From Candidatus Latescibacterota bacterium (lineage in GTDB: Bacteria; Latescibacterota; UBA2968; UBA8231): a stretch of DNA of 64,000 bases. The notes beneath the pieces are model-generated. The model was given only the letters and a program-made list of their open reading frames with translations, did not search any database and had not been told where the DNA came from. This document shows positions 17,967 to 27,426 of the stretch, piece by piece (the stretch's first letter is position 1; each line of letters starts with the position of its first letter). Where the stretch lies: assembly GCA_965203355.1 (NCBI GenBank), contig OZ241889.1, forward strand, positions 2,400,001-2,464,000, given 5' to 3'. The translations under genes and the position numbers were made by a program.

Positions 17967-18974
17967 TCAGACCTGTAGGGTGGTGGAGGGGCAGGGGAAG
18001 AAGCACTCGACGGGAATGTACTGGAGCAATTGATCCGCGCAAAAGTCGTGTAGCCTTTGGGCCAAGGCGGGCCGATAGGAGACCATGCCGTCTTTTTCCG
18101 CCAAACCATAGGCGAGGAGCTTTTCGTCCGGGTAGAGCTTGTGCATGGTTTTGTACATGCCCTGCGGCAGGCGGAACTGGCCCAGGCTGACCGAGTGCAG
18201 GGCATCGCGGCGCACTTTGGAGAACACGAGGGCGAACAGGTCGCTGTAGCGCTCCTCGTAGGCGCGGTCGTAGAGTAACGGATCAAAGCGCAGCCCAATG
18301 GGCCAGCCGCGTTCCTGCAGGGCGGCGATGGCCTCTAAGCGCTGAACAACGGGCGGTGCGCCAACCTCGAATTGGTCGGCAAGGGCCGGCGGGGTCGTGC
18401 TGAAGGCGACGACGCAGTTGGGCAGCGGTTCGGTGGCGAGTAGGGTTTTGATGCGCACGCTCTTGGTGCGCAGTTCAAAGTACGCCTGCGGGTGGTCGGC
18501 AAAGAAGGGGAGAAAATCGGCTGTAAAGTGGGTAATGCCCTCTAGCGCGAGGCTGTCGCAGTCGTAGCCGGAGAAGAAATAGGGCGTGTCGGGTGCGTCC
18601 GCGGCCATGTGTGCGGCGATGTCCTGTTGGAAGTCCTCGTAGTTGACAAAGAGAACCAAATGCGCCGAGCGGTACAGACCTTGGAGGAAGCAGTAGCGGC
18701 AGTCGTAAGGGCAGTTGAGTAGGTGCGAGAAATAGTAATTGCGTGCGCCGCCGATGCCGTAACCATCGGGGGCCGGGAGGACGCGCCGTCCGGTTTTGTG
18801 GGCGAGGATGAGTGCCGGGCGGCTCTTTTGCAGGCGGAAGTTTTGCGCCGTGCGGTTGAAAACCTCGCCGTAGCGGGCGCAGGTGACTAGCTGAGCGCGA
18901 GGGAAGCGGCCCAGCAGGGCGCGGGTGCGCGGGTGGTCGAGGATGGCTTCTTCGGCGTAGATGAAATCGAACAT
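17967..18974 (-). CDS. Spore photoproduct lyase (SplB)-like radical SAM protein
   Basis: NCPYDCRYCFLQG cluster motif, FVNYED, CDSL, ELRTKS, FEVGAP...RL, LRFDP. Confidence 0.85.
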   Translation of the reverse strand: MFDFIYAEEAILDHPRTRALLGRFPRAQLVTCARYGEVFNRTAQNFRLQKSRPALILAHKTGRRVLPAPDGYGIGGARNYYFSHLLNCPYDCRYCFLQGLYRSAHLVLFVNYEDFQQDIAAHMAADAPDTPYFFSGYDCDSLALEGITHFTADFLPFFADHPQAYFELRTKSVRIKTLLATEPLPNCVVAFSTTPPALADQFEVGAPPVVQRLEAIAALQERGWPIGLRFDPLLYDRAYEERYSDLFALVFSKVRRDALHSVSLGQFRLPQGMYKTMHKLYPDEKLLAYGLAEKDGMVSYRPALAQRLHDFCADQLLQYIPVECFFPCPSTTLQV

Positions 18975-19112
18975 GGTCGCGTCAAAAAGCGTCGCAAAGA
19001 CAGGGTGCTAAATTGCAGTGCAGCTCCGAGTTAGGTTTATTGGCCATCGCCCAAATTGCAACTAAAACCTAAATACAAGACCAGCACACTCGCGAAAGCG
19101 AGCACGAGGCGA

Positions 19113-20219
19113 CTACGGCACGTTAAGGCTACCACATGGCGACTTGAGGAAAAGCGATCTCCATAAGTGGTCTTTTGGCGGTGGTACGCCGATAGTGATG
19201 ATGTCCATAAATCCACCACTTTTACCGAATCCTTTGGTCGAAGACACTGGTCCCGCATATAGCTGAGATTCACAAAGAGGGATAATCCCGGAATCCTTTT
19301 CAGGATCAGGATCGCTCCCATATCCAAAGGACAATATGTTCACCTCATCTGGGGTGCTGCTGATAAATCGTTGGATATCCAGTCCAGTCGAGGAAGAAAT
19401 ATAGTCCACTAAAACATCCTGTACAATCCAAATGGTTTTCCCGCCCCAAGCCAAGCTAACCTGTGATTTTACAATAAGCTGACTGACCATTCGTGCCCAT
19501 ACTTGTCTATAGTTGATACCAGGGCCTTCGTGGTTGTCTCCTTTCAGGAGTGCATCTTCAAAAGCCATTCCTATCTGCGTTCTCTTATTTTTGTTTCCCC
19601 CAGAGGTAGACGAGGTCATAACCTCGACTATTACTATTGGATCAGCTGGAAAATCGGCCACCCAGTGTTCGCCAGCATGCCTTTCCAGCGTGAAGTTGTT
19701 TTGGATTGCAATTTTCTTACAGTCATTCTCGCTCTTTTTGGTTAATCTTGATATTTCGCTAAGCGACTTTCTGCACCTTCCTGCCAAAACGTAATCGAAG
19801 GTATAGTTAAATAATTTCTCATGTTCCGTGTTCTGCGTTGAGAATTTTATCTTTACCTCAGACCACGCTCTGTATTCGATTGATCGGTCTAATTCACTGT
19901 ATCGTATCAAGTCTTCTCGAATTCTCGTTTGAAGCGGAGAAAGGTTGGAATCCCGAAGGGAGAATAAGCGCCTAGGGCAAACAATCCAAGGTTTTTCACG
20001 CACCAAGAGTGAGCAGACCCCTACATGAACATTCTTTTTTCTAGGAAGTTGCTTAATTAATTGAGGATGGTCTTGCAACTGCAAAACAGAGAGATGTCTA
20101 TTGCCTCCACCATCACATTCACTCTCCATGAATGGGCACCAAGCCCGTGTGCGACAATCAGTAGCATCAGAATGGCTTGGAGTCAGTGGATAGCCAAATA
20201 TTTCAAAAATTTTACTCAT
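19113..20219 (-). CDS. Putative type II restriction endonuclease, NotI-like family
   Basis: N-terminal EIFG and four Cys (CPF, CDGGG, GVCS, VCP) like the NotI metal-Cys4 domain. FDYVL...IVEVMT catalytic-like motifs. Overlaps the MTase stop. Confidence 0.7.
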   Translation of the reverse strand: MSKIFEIFGYPLTPSHSDATDCRTRAWCPFMESECDGGGNRHLSVLQLQDHPQLIKQLPRKKNVHVGVCSLLVREKPWIVCPRRLFSLRDSNLSPLQTRIREDLIRYSELDRSIEYRAWSEVKIKFSTQNTEHEKLFNYTFDYVLAGRCRKSLSEISRLTKKSENDCKKIAIQNNFTLERHAGEHWVADFPADPIVIVEVMTSSTSGGNKNKRTQIGMAFEDALLKGDNHEGPGINYRQVWARMVSQLIVKSQVSLAWGGKTIWIVQDVLVDYISSSTGLDIQRFISSTPDEVNILSFGYGSDPDPEKDSGIIPLCESQLYAGPVSSTKGFGKSGGFMDIITIGVPPPKDHLWRSLFLKSPCGSLNVP

Positions 20220-21327
20220 TTAGGGTTTCAAAAATTCTACTTGCTAGAGCCTCTGCGAGAAGAGGTGGAACCGAATTTGCAACTTGCCGATGCTGGTCTA
20301 AGTTTTTCACGGTGCCTGTTCTACTGCGTATAGGTCCTTTTAGGATATACGAATCGGGGTATCCGTGAATTCTCATGTACTCTCGTGGAGTGAGATACCT
20401 ATCTTCGGTAGGATGATAGAAAATCTCTCCGCACCTCAATGTATTCGCGGGCCTATCTCTATGCAGCCTTAAATACTTTGTGGTGTCTTTTGATTTAAGA
20501 CCTCTAAGTAAGTCTTTATCTAAATGAGTCTGAGCGGCCAGATATGATCCCTCGGGAACCTGTGCTATGCGTTCCCTATCTCTATCTGGTGTTACATCGA
20601 CGTGGCTGTCCTCGCGGTCATAAAAAGTAGTTCCTTTGATTTTCGGTGAGGGTGTTCCTAGATTTTCAATTGCGGAACCGATGCCAAGATGAGGTTTATA
20701 CGAAAATAGTCCATTACACTCTTCTCTCGGGGCATAGGTTCGTTCTGGAAAAGAAAAGCCGTTTTTCCCTAGTGTAGCTATCACAAATAATCGTTCTCGT
20801 AGTTGAGGTACGCCATAATCTGCGGCTGAAATAACGCTCCATTTAGAAGAATAACCGACATTTTCTAAGGCTATTAAGAATTTTTCAAAAACTTCGCCTT
20901 TTCGCCGCTCTGCCCCTTTTGATGAAAGAAGTCCTTTTACTTGTTCAACTAAGATTACATTTGGCTTCAATTTTTCGGAAAATCGAACGATCTCGAATAG
21001 TAGCATACCTCTTTCATCCTTCAAGCCAAGCTGCTTTCCTGCTAAGGAGAAAGATTGACACGGAGGGCCGCCAAAAAGAAGATCGAGTTCGCCTTTCTCT
21101 AGATGTAAATCTTTGCAAAGTTCGGCTGGATCAACCTCTCTAATATCTGCTTCAACAACCTTGGTATTTCTTTCTTCGCTTTCTCTTGCCGTACGTAGTG
21201 TATTGCAGCAATGCTTATCTATTTCTATCTGCGCCAGAATATTGAATCCCGCATTCTGCACGCCTATATCCATTCCTCCGGCTCCTGAAAAAAGACTTAA
21301 TGCACTATATCTTTTGGGACTGTTCAT
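20212..21327 (-). CDS. DNA (cytosine-5)-methyltransferase
   Basis: SLFSGAGG, GGPPCQSFS, EQVKG (ENV variant), YGVPQLRER, LTPRE, QVANSVPP. GGAGGAG RBS upstream; start could be GTG at 21330. Confidence 0.93.
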   Translation of the reverse strand: MNSPKRYSALSLFSGAGGMDIGVQNAGFNILAQIEIDKHCCNTLRTARESEERNTKVVEADIREVDPAELCKDLHLEKGELDLLFGGPPCQSFSLAGKQLGLKDERGMLLFEIVRFSEKLKPNVILVEQVKGLLSSKGAERRKGEVFEKFLIALENVGYSSKWSVISAADYGVPQLRERLFVIATLGKNGFSFPERTYAPREECNGLFSYKPHLGIGSAIENLGTPSPKIKGTTFYDREDSHVDVTPDRDRERIAQVPEGSYLAAQTHLDKDLLRGLKSKDTTKYLRLHRDRPANTLRCGEIFYHPTEDRYLTPREYMRIHGYPDSYILKGPIRSRTGTVKNLDQHRQVANSVPPLLAEALASRIFETLNE

Positions 21328-21349
21328 CACTAATTCCACTCCTCCGTTC

Positions 21350-22156
21350 TCAACCGGTCAAGGTGAGCTCCATGTTGGCCAACCGCCGCTGAAGGTAATG
21401 TAGCACCGCGTCTCGGCTTTGCAAGGAAAGGACGTCGGCGGTATTGAGCGGTTTCTCGGTAAGCGTCTGCCAGCGCACGAGCAAGCCGCGCAACTGGTGT
21501 TGTTGCGTAGCGGTGAACTGCCAGCGGGCGGTCAGCTCGGCGAGGCCGGGTGGGTCGGCGCGTAGCGCGTGGAGTTGCTGGCTGAGTGCCCGCAAGTGTT
21601 CGCCAACTTGGGCGACCGTATCGAGTTGGGATTCTATCAACGCCGCTACTTTCTCCGCATTAAGCGTCTGATAGGAGGATTGCGGGTTGTCCGAGACGAT
21701 CTTGAGGGAGTGAATCCGCTCGCTGGTGGCAAAGCGCTGTGCCGCCTCGCAAAAGCCGCTGGCTTCCATGTCGTACGCGGCGTCGCCCATGGGCGACTGG
21801 GCGCGATCAACGGTGTGTAGCAAGGTGGTGCGACAAGGTGGGGTCGCGGTGAAGGTCGGGTAAAAGGGCTTGCCGCTGGATGTATCCACGATCTTGTGCG
21901 CTAGTAGAGCCGTGCCCACGGCTTGGCTACCGTGGCCAGCGATGCCGATGTTGAGCCAAGCCGCCGGCGCGTCTCCGATCAAGGCACGCAAATACGCCGT
22001 GGCGGTCGCCGCGGCCACTTTGCCTACACCGGAGACAATCAGGTGCGTCTGCCCGCCCGCGCAGATGCGATAGGGATGGCCGCTCACGCCTTGGAGGCGA
22101 TGGAAAGCCAACAGCGGTCGCGCCTCAGCCGCGAGGGCTACTACTAAGCACAACAT
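21350..22156 (-). CDS. Purine/uridine phosphorylase (MTA/SAH nucleosidase-like) family protein
   Basis: VVALAAEARPL, SGVGK, NIGIAG, YDMEASG, KIVSD. Confidence 0.8.
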   Translation of the reverse strand: MLCLVVALAAEARPLLAFHRLQGVSGHPYRICAGGQTHLIVSGVGKVAAATATAYLRALIGDAPAAWLNIGIAGHGSQAVGTALLAHKIVDTSSGKPFYPTFTATPPCRTTLLHTVDRAQSPMGDAAYDMEASGFCEAAQRFATSERIHSLKIVSDNPQSSYQTLNAEKVAALIESQLDTVAQVGEHLRALSQQLHALRADPPGLAELTARWQFTATQQHQLRGLLVRWQTLTEKPLNTADVLSLQSRDAVLHYLQRRLANMELTLTG

Positions 22157-22254
22157 GAGGGCTAATATACCGGCTGGTTTCCCCTCGGCAACGCTGTTTG
22201 ACCCTGCTTGAGCCGGGGTCTAAGTTCTACAAGACAAACGAGAAAGGACGCGGT

Positions 22255-23124
22255 ATGGAGAACGAATTTTTCAAGGGCCATGGCCTGGGCAACGACTACA
22301 TTGCCGTTGATCCGACAGCCCTCAGCTTCGAGCTGACGCCAGACAATATCCGCGCGATTTGCGACCGCCATTGGGGCGTGGGCAGCGACGGCATGCTCGT
22401 GCGGGCCCCGTCGCCAAAGGCCGACTTTGGCCTGCGGATCTACAACCCCGACGGCAGCGAGGCGGAAAAGTCGGGCAATGGCCTGCGGATATTCGCCCGC
22501 TACCTACACGCCACCGGCCAGGTGCAAAAGCAGCCGTTCACCGTCGAGACGGCGGGCGGACTAGTAAGCGTCGAATTGCACCTTGATCAGCATGGCGACG
22601 CCAGCGCGGCTACGGTGCAGATGGGGCGCGCGACGTTTGCGCCGCAAGCCTTGCCCTGTACGCTGGAAGCCGAAGAACTGGTCGAGCAGCCGATTGATGT
22701 CGCCGGGCAGACCTTGACCTTTACCGGCGTCAGCGTCGGCAATCCGCACTGCATCGTCTTTCGTCAGCAGGGCGAGCAATGGACTAAAGACGAGCTGTGC
22801 TCCTTGGGACCGGCGTTGGAAAATCACCCGCTCTTCCCTCGGCGCACCAACGTGCAACTCGCCGTGCCCGTGGGGCCGCACGCGATTTACATCTTGATCT
22901 GGGAACGCGGAGCCGGTGAAACGCAGGCGTCGGGATCGTCGGCGTGTGCGGCCGCGAGTGCGGCCGTGCGGCTGGGCTTGGTCAAAAGTCCGGTTGCGGT
23001 TAAGGCCCCGGGCGGAACGCTGCACATCAACGTGAGTGCGCGCTACGACCTGACGATGAAGGGGCCGGTCTCGGAAGTGGCCCGGGGCGTGTTCAGCCCG
23101 TCGTTTGTGCGCGAATTGCGCTGA
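22255..23124 (+). CDS. dapF: Diaminopimelate epimerase family, Ser/Ser active-site variant
   Basis: KGHGLGNDY, DRHWGVGSDG, NPDGSEAEKSGNG, VGNPH, FP.RTNV, WERGAGETQASGS. AGAAAGGA RBS. Confidence 0.85.
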   Translation: MENEFFKGHGLGNDYIAVDPTALSFELTPDNIRAICDRHWGVGSDGMLVRAPSPKADFGLRIYNPDGSEAEKSGNGLRIFARYLHATGQVQKQPFTVETAGGLVSVELHLDQHGDASAATVQMGRATFAPQALPCTLEAEELVEQPIDVAGQTLTFTGVSVGNPHCIVFRQQGEQWTKDELCSLGPALENHPLFPRRTNVQLAVPVGPHAIYILIWERGAGETQASGSSACAAASAAVRLGLVKSPVAVKAPGGTLHINVSARYDLTMKGPVSEVARGVFSPSFVRELR

Positions 23125-23149
23125 ACAGCGTGCGGTGGCAGGGGCTGTA

Positions 23150-25924
23150 ATGCGCTGTTTAGCTTGGGTCGCGCTCGGTTGGCTGCTGATGGCCTCGGCC
23201 GCTAGCGGTCAGAGCTTTGGCCGAAACAAAGTGCAGTACGCGGAATTCGCGTGGCGGAAAATGGAGACCGAGCACTTTGACGTGTACTTCTTCGCCGCCG
23301 AGGAGGAGTTGGCCGCGTATGCCGCGCAAATGGCCGAGCACCAGTTCGCCGACTTGGAAAAGAAGTTCGCCCACACCGTACAGCGGCGCGTGCCGCTCGT
23401 GATCTATTCTTCGCACATCTACTTTGAACAGACGAATATCATCCCCAATCTCCTGCCTGAGGGGGTAGCGGGTTTCACCGAATACCTCAAGGGGCGGGTC
23501 GCGCTGCCGCTGAGCGGCTCCCTGCCCGAGTTCGAGCGGGTCTTGCACCACGAGTTAGTCCACGTCTTCGCGTTTGACCGCATCGCGCGGGTGTTGGCGC
23601 AGCACGGGGTGTTGGACTTCCGCCCGGCGCCGCTGTGGTTTTCCGAAGGGCTGGCCGAGTACTGGTCGAGCGAGCCTAACAGCTTTGGCGAAATGGTGGT
23701 GCGCGATGCGCTCTTTGCGCGTCGGCTGGTTTCCATCGCCGAGATGTATCGCATCTACGGCACCTTTCAGCTATACAAGCAGGGCGAGTCGATCTGCCAC
23801 TTTATGGCGGCGCGGCACGGAGCCGACGTGTTTGAACAGCTCTTTGCCAACTGGTGGCGCGGCGAAACCTTTGCCGAGATTTTTGCGATCACGACCGGCG
23901 AAAGCTTGGACAAGTTCGACCAAGCTTGGCAATACCACTTGCACAAGCGCCACCTGCCGGCGATTGCCGACAGCGATCCCCCTTCAGAACTGGCCACGGC
24001 CCGCACACAACGCGGCTTTAACATCAAACCCGAAATCGTTCCTAGCGATAGCAGTGCCTTCTACCACTTCCGCAACGATCAAGGCTATACGCAGATCGTC
24101 CGCACGCGCCGCGACGGCCGCGGGTCCGAAGTCGTGGTCGAAGGCGAGCGTCTGCCGGTCTTTGAGTCGCTGCATCCACTCTCGACGCGGCTAGCCGCTT
24201 CTCCAGACGGCAAGTGGCTGGCGTTTGCCGCCAAAAGCCGCGGCCGCGATCACCTGTACATTTGGGACGTGGCGCACCAGCGCGTGGTCGAGGATTTGTC
24301 GTTTGCCGGCATCGTCGCGATCGCGTCGCCGTCGTTTGCGCCCGACGGGCAGCGGTTGGCCTTTGCTGGCAGCGACGAAGGGGGCTGGACCGACATTTAT
24401 CTGGTCGATGTAACGGGCGATAACCTCCGCGCCTTGCGCCGCGACCTCTATCACGACCGCGAGCCCGACTGGTCGCCCGATGGTCGGCGCATCGTCTTTA
24501 GTTCCGACCGCTGGTCCGGGGGGCGCCGCGGCCACTACAATTTGTTTCTATGCGATTTGGCAACCGAGCAGATCTTGGCCCTCAGCCACGGTGAGCACAA
24601 CGACAGCCAGCCGCGCTGGTCGCCGGACGGCCAGCGCATCGTCTTTAGCTCCGACCGGGCGGGCGCGTACAACATCTATGCTTTGCAGCTCATGGGCGAG
24701 CGCGCCGCGACCCGTCGCTTGACCCACGTGTTGACGGGTGCGTTTGATCCAGTGCTATTGGCCGACGACCAGCACTTGCTTTTTGCTGGATATGAGAGCG
24801 GTGGCTTCCAGATCTACGAGCTGGCCGTGGATTGGGCCGACAGCGCCGAGGTTAGCTATCAGCGCGTGGCCGAGGCACCGACCGAGCCGTGGTCGCTGGC
24901 GAGCCTGCACGGCCAGAGCGAGGTCGCCAGCCGGCCCTATGAGCGCAAGATGAGCCTCGACATAGCCCAGGGGCAGGTCTCGCAAGACCCGGAATTTGGC
25001 ACCTCGGGCGGCATCCAAGTGGCCCTAAGCGATGTGCTGGGCAACGATCAGTACCACTTTGTGCTCTCGCACATTGCCGCTAGTCAATCTGGCTTCTTCG
25101 ATGGCCTGAACGTGGCGTTGACGCGCCTCCACCTCGGGCAGCGGCTCAACGCGTATTGGGGCGTGTTTCGGCTCAACGACCGCTTTTCGAGCCGCTTTGG
25201 CCGATTTGTGCGAGAAGAGCGCCTAGGGGGCCACGTTGGGTTGAGCTATCCCTTTTCCCAGCACGACCGCATCGACACCCGGCTCTCGCTGCGCCACGCT
25301 GAGATCGACCGGCAATTTGAGGGGCGGAAGCTGTCGGGTTGGCTGGCCAACAACTACGTCAGCTATACCCACGATACTAGCTTGTGGATTCCGACCGGGC
25401 CGCTGGAGGGTCGGCGCTACAGCCTTGGGTTGGCGCAGACGATCGATTTTAAGACCTCGCGGCGGTTCAATCTCACGCTCTTTGGCGACTACCGGCACTA
25501 CTTCCGCCTCTCGCCGCGCAGCGCGTTGGCCGTGCGCCTGATGGGGCGGCGCTCCACGGGTGTAGTGCCCGAGTTTTTTTCCTTGGGGGGCAGTTGGACG
25601 TTGCGGGGCTATCGCTGGCGGTCGCTGTGGGGCAGTAAGATGGTGCTGTACAACCAAGAATTGCGCTTCCCTTTAGTCGATCGGTTCTTGCTCCGCTTTC
25701 CGTTTGGGGCTATGGAGTTTAGTGCCTTCCGGGGCGCGCTCTTTTTCGACGTGGGCAATGCGTGGAACGACGACTTTGAGCAATGGCGTGCGGCGTTTGG
25801 CGCCGGGGTGCGCTTGGCCTTGGGCGGGGTTTTCGTCTTTCGCGTGGATGCGGCGCGGCGCACGGACTTCAAGTCGATAGACAGCGACACGCGCTGGGAT
25901 TTCTTCTTTGGCTGGGATTATTAA
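23150..25924 (+). CDS. Gluzincin (peptidase MA-like) + TolB/PD40 beta-propeller + Omp85 (BamA/TamA-type) beta-barrel fusion
   Basis: FGRNKVQY, HHELVH...WFSEGLAEY, WSPDG repeats, LGG..TLRGY lid motif, ELRFP, GALFFDVG, aromatic C-terminus GWDY. Confidence 0.85.
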   Translation: MRCLAWVALGWLLMASAASGQSFGRNKVQYAEFAWRKMETEHFDVYFFAAEEELAAYAAQMAEHQFADLEKKFAHTVQRRVPLVIYSSHIYFEQTNIIPNLLPEGVAGFTEYLKGRVALPLSGSLPEFERVLHHELVHVFAFDRIARVLAQHGVLDFRPAPLWFSEGLAEYWSSEPNSFGEMVVRDALFARRLVSIAEMYRIYGTFQLYKQGESICHFMAARHGADVFEQLFANWWRGETFAEIFAITTGESLDKFDQAWQYHLHKRHLPAIADSDPPSELATARTQRGFNIKPEIVPSDSSAFYHFRNDQGYTQIVRTRRDGRGSEVVVEGERLPVFESLHPLSTRLAASPDGKWLAFAAKSRGRDHLYIWDVAHQRVVEDLSFAGIVAIASPSFAPDGQRLAFAGSDEGGWTDIYLVDVTGDNLRALRRDLYHDREPDWSPDGRRIVFSSDRWSGGRRGHYNLFLCDLATEQILALSHGEHNDSQPRWSPDGQRIVFSSDRAGAYNIYALQLMGERAATRRLTHVLTGAFDPVLLADDQHLLFAGYESGGFQIYELAVDWADSAEVSYQRVAEAPTEPWSLASLHGQSEVASRPYERKMSLDIAQGQVSQDPEFGTSGGIQVALSDVLGNDQYHFVLSHIAASQSGFFDGLNVALTRLHLGQRLNAYWGVFRLNDRFSSRFGRFVREERLGGHVGLSYPFSQHDRIDTRLSLRHAEIDRQFEGRKLSGWLANNYVSYTHDTSLWIPTGPLEGRRYSLGLAQTIDFKTSRRFNLTLFGDYRHYFRLSPRSALAVRLMGRRSTGVVPEFFSLGGSWTLRGYRWRSLWGSKMVLYNQELRFPLVDRFLLRFPFGAMEFSAFRGALFFDVGNAWNDDFEQWRAAFGAGVRLALGGVFVFRVDAARRTDFKSIDSDTRWDFFFGWDY

Positions 25925-26986
25925 ATGCGCTACGCCTTGCTCGGCTTTTGCCTGTTGATGGCCTGTGGCGAAAAGGTGCTCTACCGCGGCGAATCCGGGC
26001 GCGGTGCCGCCGGGGTTGAGCCGCCACTGCAACTTTTGTGGACCCACAAAATGGATGGATCGCCGCTGGGCGGTGCGCTCTTTGCCGGTGATTTGATTCT
26101 CCAACTGACCACTGAGCCGACCCTCTATGCGCTGCATCAGCGCAATGGCACTCCGTTGGGCAAACATGGATACGACAAGATGGCGTGTGCCCCTGGGCAG
26201 TTGGCCGGAGCGCAGTACGCGCTGGGGATACTGGGCCGCAAGCCTAGCCTGCGGGTTTTGGATCGGCGAACCGCCGCGGAGCGTTGGCGGCACGAGGGGG
26301 CGTTTTGTCAGGTGCCGGTCGTGCGCGGCGATACCCTGATCGCAGTGGATGAGGGGGGCGCAGTGCAGGCGCTGCACCTCGCCGACGGACAGGTGCTATG
26401 GCGTGCTGAATTGGGTGGGCTGGCGCGGACCGGGTTGGTGCTGAGCGGCGATCGCGCGTTTGCTGGCACGGCGTCCGGGGCCTTGGTGGCTTTGAGCGCG
26501 GAAAGCGGCGTGGAGCGCTGGCGTACGGACTTGGGGGAAGCGGTACGCGCCCGGCCCGTACCGAATGGTGTACACCTAATTACGGCGACTGCTTCTGGCC
26601 GAGTGCTAGCGGTTCGCCGCGATTCGGGTCAGGTGGTGTGGGAGCGAGCCTTGGGCGCACTGCCGACCGCGGAGTTGGCGCTAGCGGCCGGCGTGTTGGT
26701 GGTAGGCTGTGCTGACCGCTCTTTCTATGGATTAGACGCGGCCACGGGCGTCGTGCGGTGGGCGTTTGCCACCGGGGGCGTGGTGCGAAGCAGCCCCGCC
26801 GCCACAGCGCACACCGCGTATGGTGCTTCCAGCGACGGCCATCTCTACGCCTTGGATCTGCACGCTGGGCATCTGGTGTGGAAATACCGATTGGACGGCC
26901 CGGTTTTGGCTCCGGTGTCCTTGGGCGCGCAGGTCGTCGCCGTCGCCACTGAGAAGCGGCTTCTCTACGTGTTTGGCCGCCGCTGA
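25925..26986 (+). CDS. PQQ-type beta-propeller lipoprotein (BamB-like)
   Basis: Lipobox LLMAC. Repeated ALDxxTGxxxW blades. Starts immediately after the Omp85 gene stop. Confidence 0.85.
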   Translation: MRYALLGFCLLMACGEKVLYRGESGRGAAGVEPPLQLLWTHKMDGSPLGGALFAGDLILQLTTEPTLYALHQRNGTPLGKHGYDKMACAPGQLAGAQYALGILGRKPSLRVLDRRTAAERWRHEGAFCQVPVVRGDTLIAVDEGGAVQALHLADGQVLWRAELGGLARTGLVLSGDRAFAGTASGALVALSAESGVERWRTDLGEAVRARPVPNGVHLITATASGRVLAVRRDSGQVVWERALGALPTAELALAAGVLVVGCADRSFYGLDAATGVVRWAFATGGVVRSSPAATAHTAYGASSDGHLYALDLHAGHLVWKYRLDGPVLAPVSLGAQVVAVATEKRLLYVFGRR

Positions 26987-27000
26987 GCGAGGGAAACGGC

Positions 27001-27426
27001 ATGAAAAAGACGATTGCTTGCTGCTTGCTGCTTTCGAGTGTACCGACATGGGCCGATCCGTTGGAGCTACCTCGGCGGCTGGCTTCGTTGGAAACAGCTT
27101 TAGCCGAGCAATGGGCCGAGCAGCCGCGGCGCCGGTCGCCGTCCACGCCGACCCCGGCTGCGGGTGCGGGCAAAGAGAAACGCACGCGCAAGAAGCTCTA
27201 CTTGAGCGCGGCGTTGGTCGTGGGTGCTGGTGCGGTGGCCTACTGGAGCAAGGCGCGGGCTGACGCCGCGTACGAACGCTATTTGAGCTCGGCCAGCGTG
27301 GTGCGTCAGCAGCGAGCCTTGGACCAAGCCAAGCGCTTTGACCGCGTGACGGGCGCGGCGTTGGTCGGCATGGAAGTAGGCTTGGTGCTCACCTCGTACC
27401 TGCTCTTTTTTAGGTCTAGATCGTGA
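27001..27426 (+). CDS. Hypothetical exported protein with two hydrophobic helices
   Basis: MKK signal peptide, GAGGG RBS, ADAAYERY segment between hydrophobic helices. Overlaps the next gene. Confidence 0.7.
   Translation: MKKTIACCLLLSSVPTWADPLELPRRLASLETALAEQWAEQPRRRSPSTPTPAAGAGKEKRTRKKLYLSAALVVGAGAVAYWSKARADAAYERYLSSASVVRQQRALDQAKRFDRVTGAALVGMEVGLVLTSYLLFFRSRS

Larger units (their letters stand above)
18990..21349. mobile_element. Low-GC restriction-modification cassette (horizontally acquired island; no mobility gene seen)
   Basis: Abrupt drop to AT-rich sequence spanning two overlapping genes, inserted between co-oriented GC-rich genes. Boundaries approximate. Confidence 0.7.
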
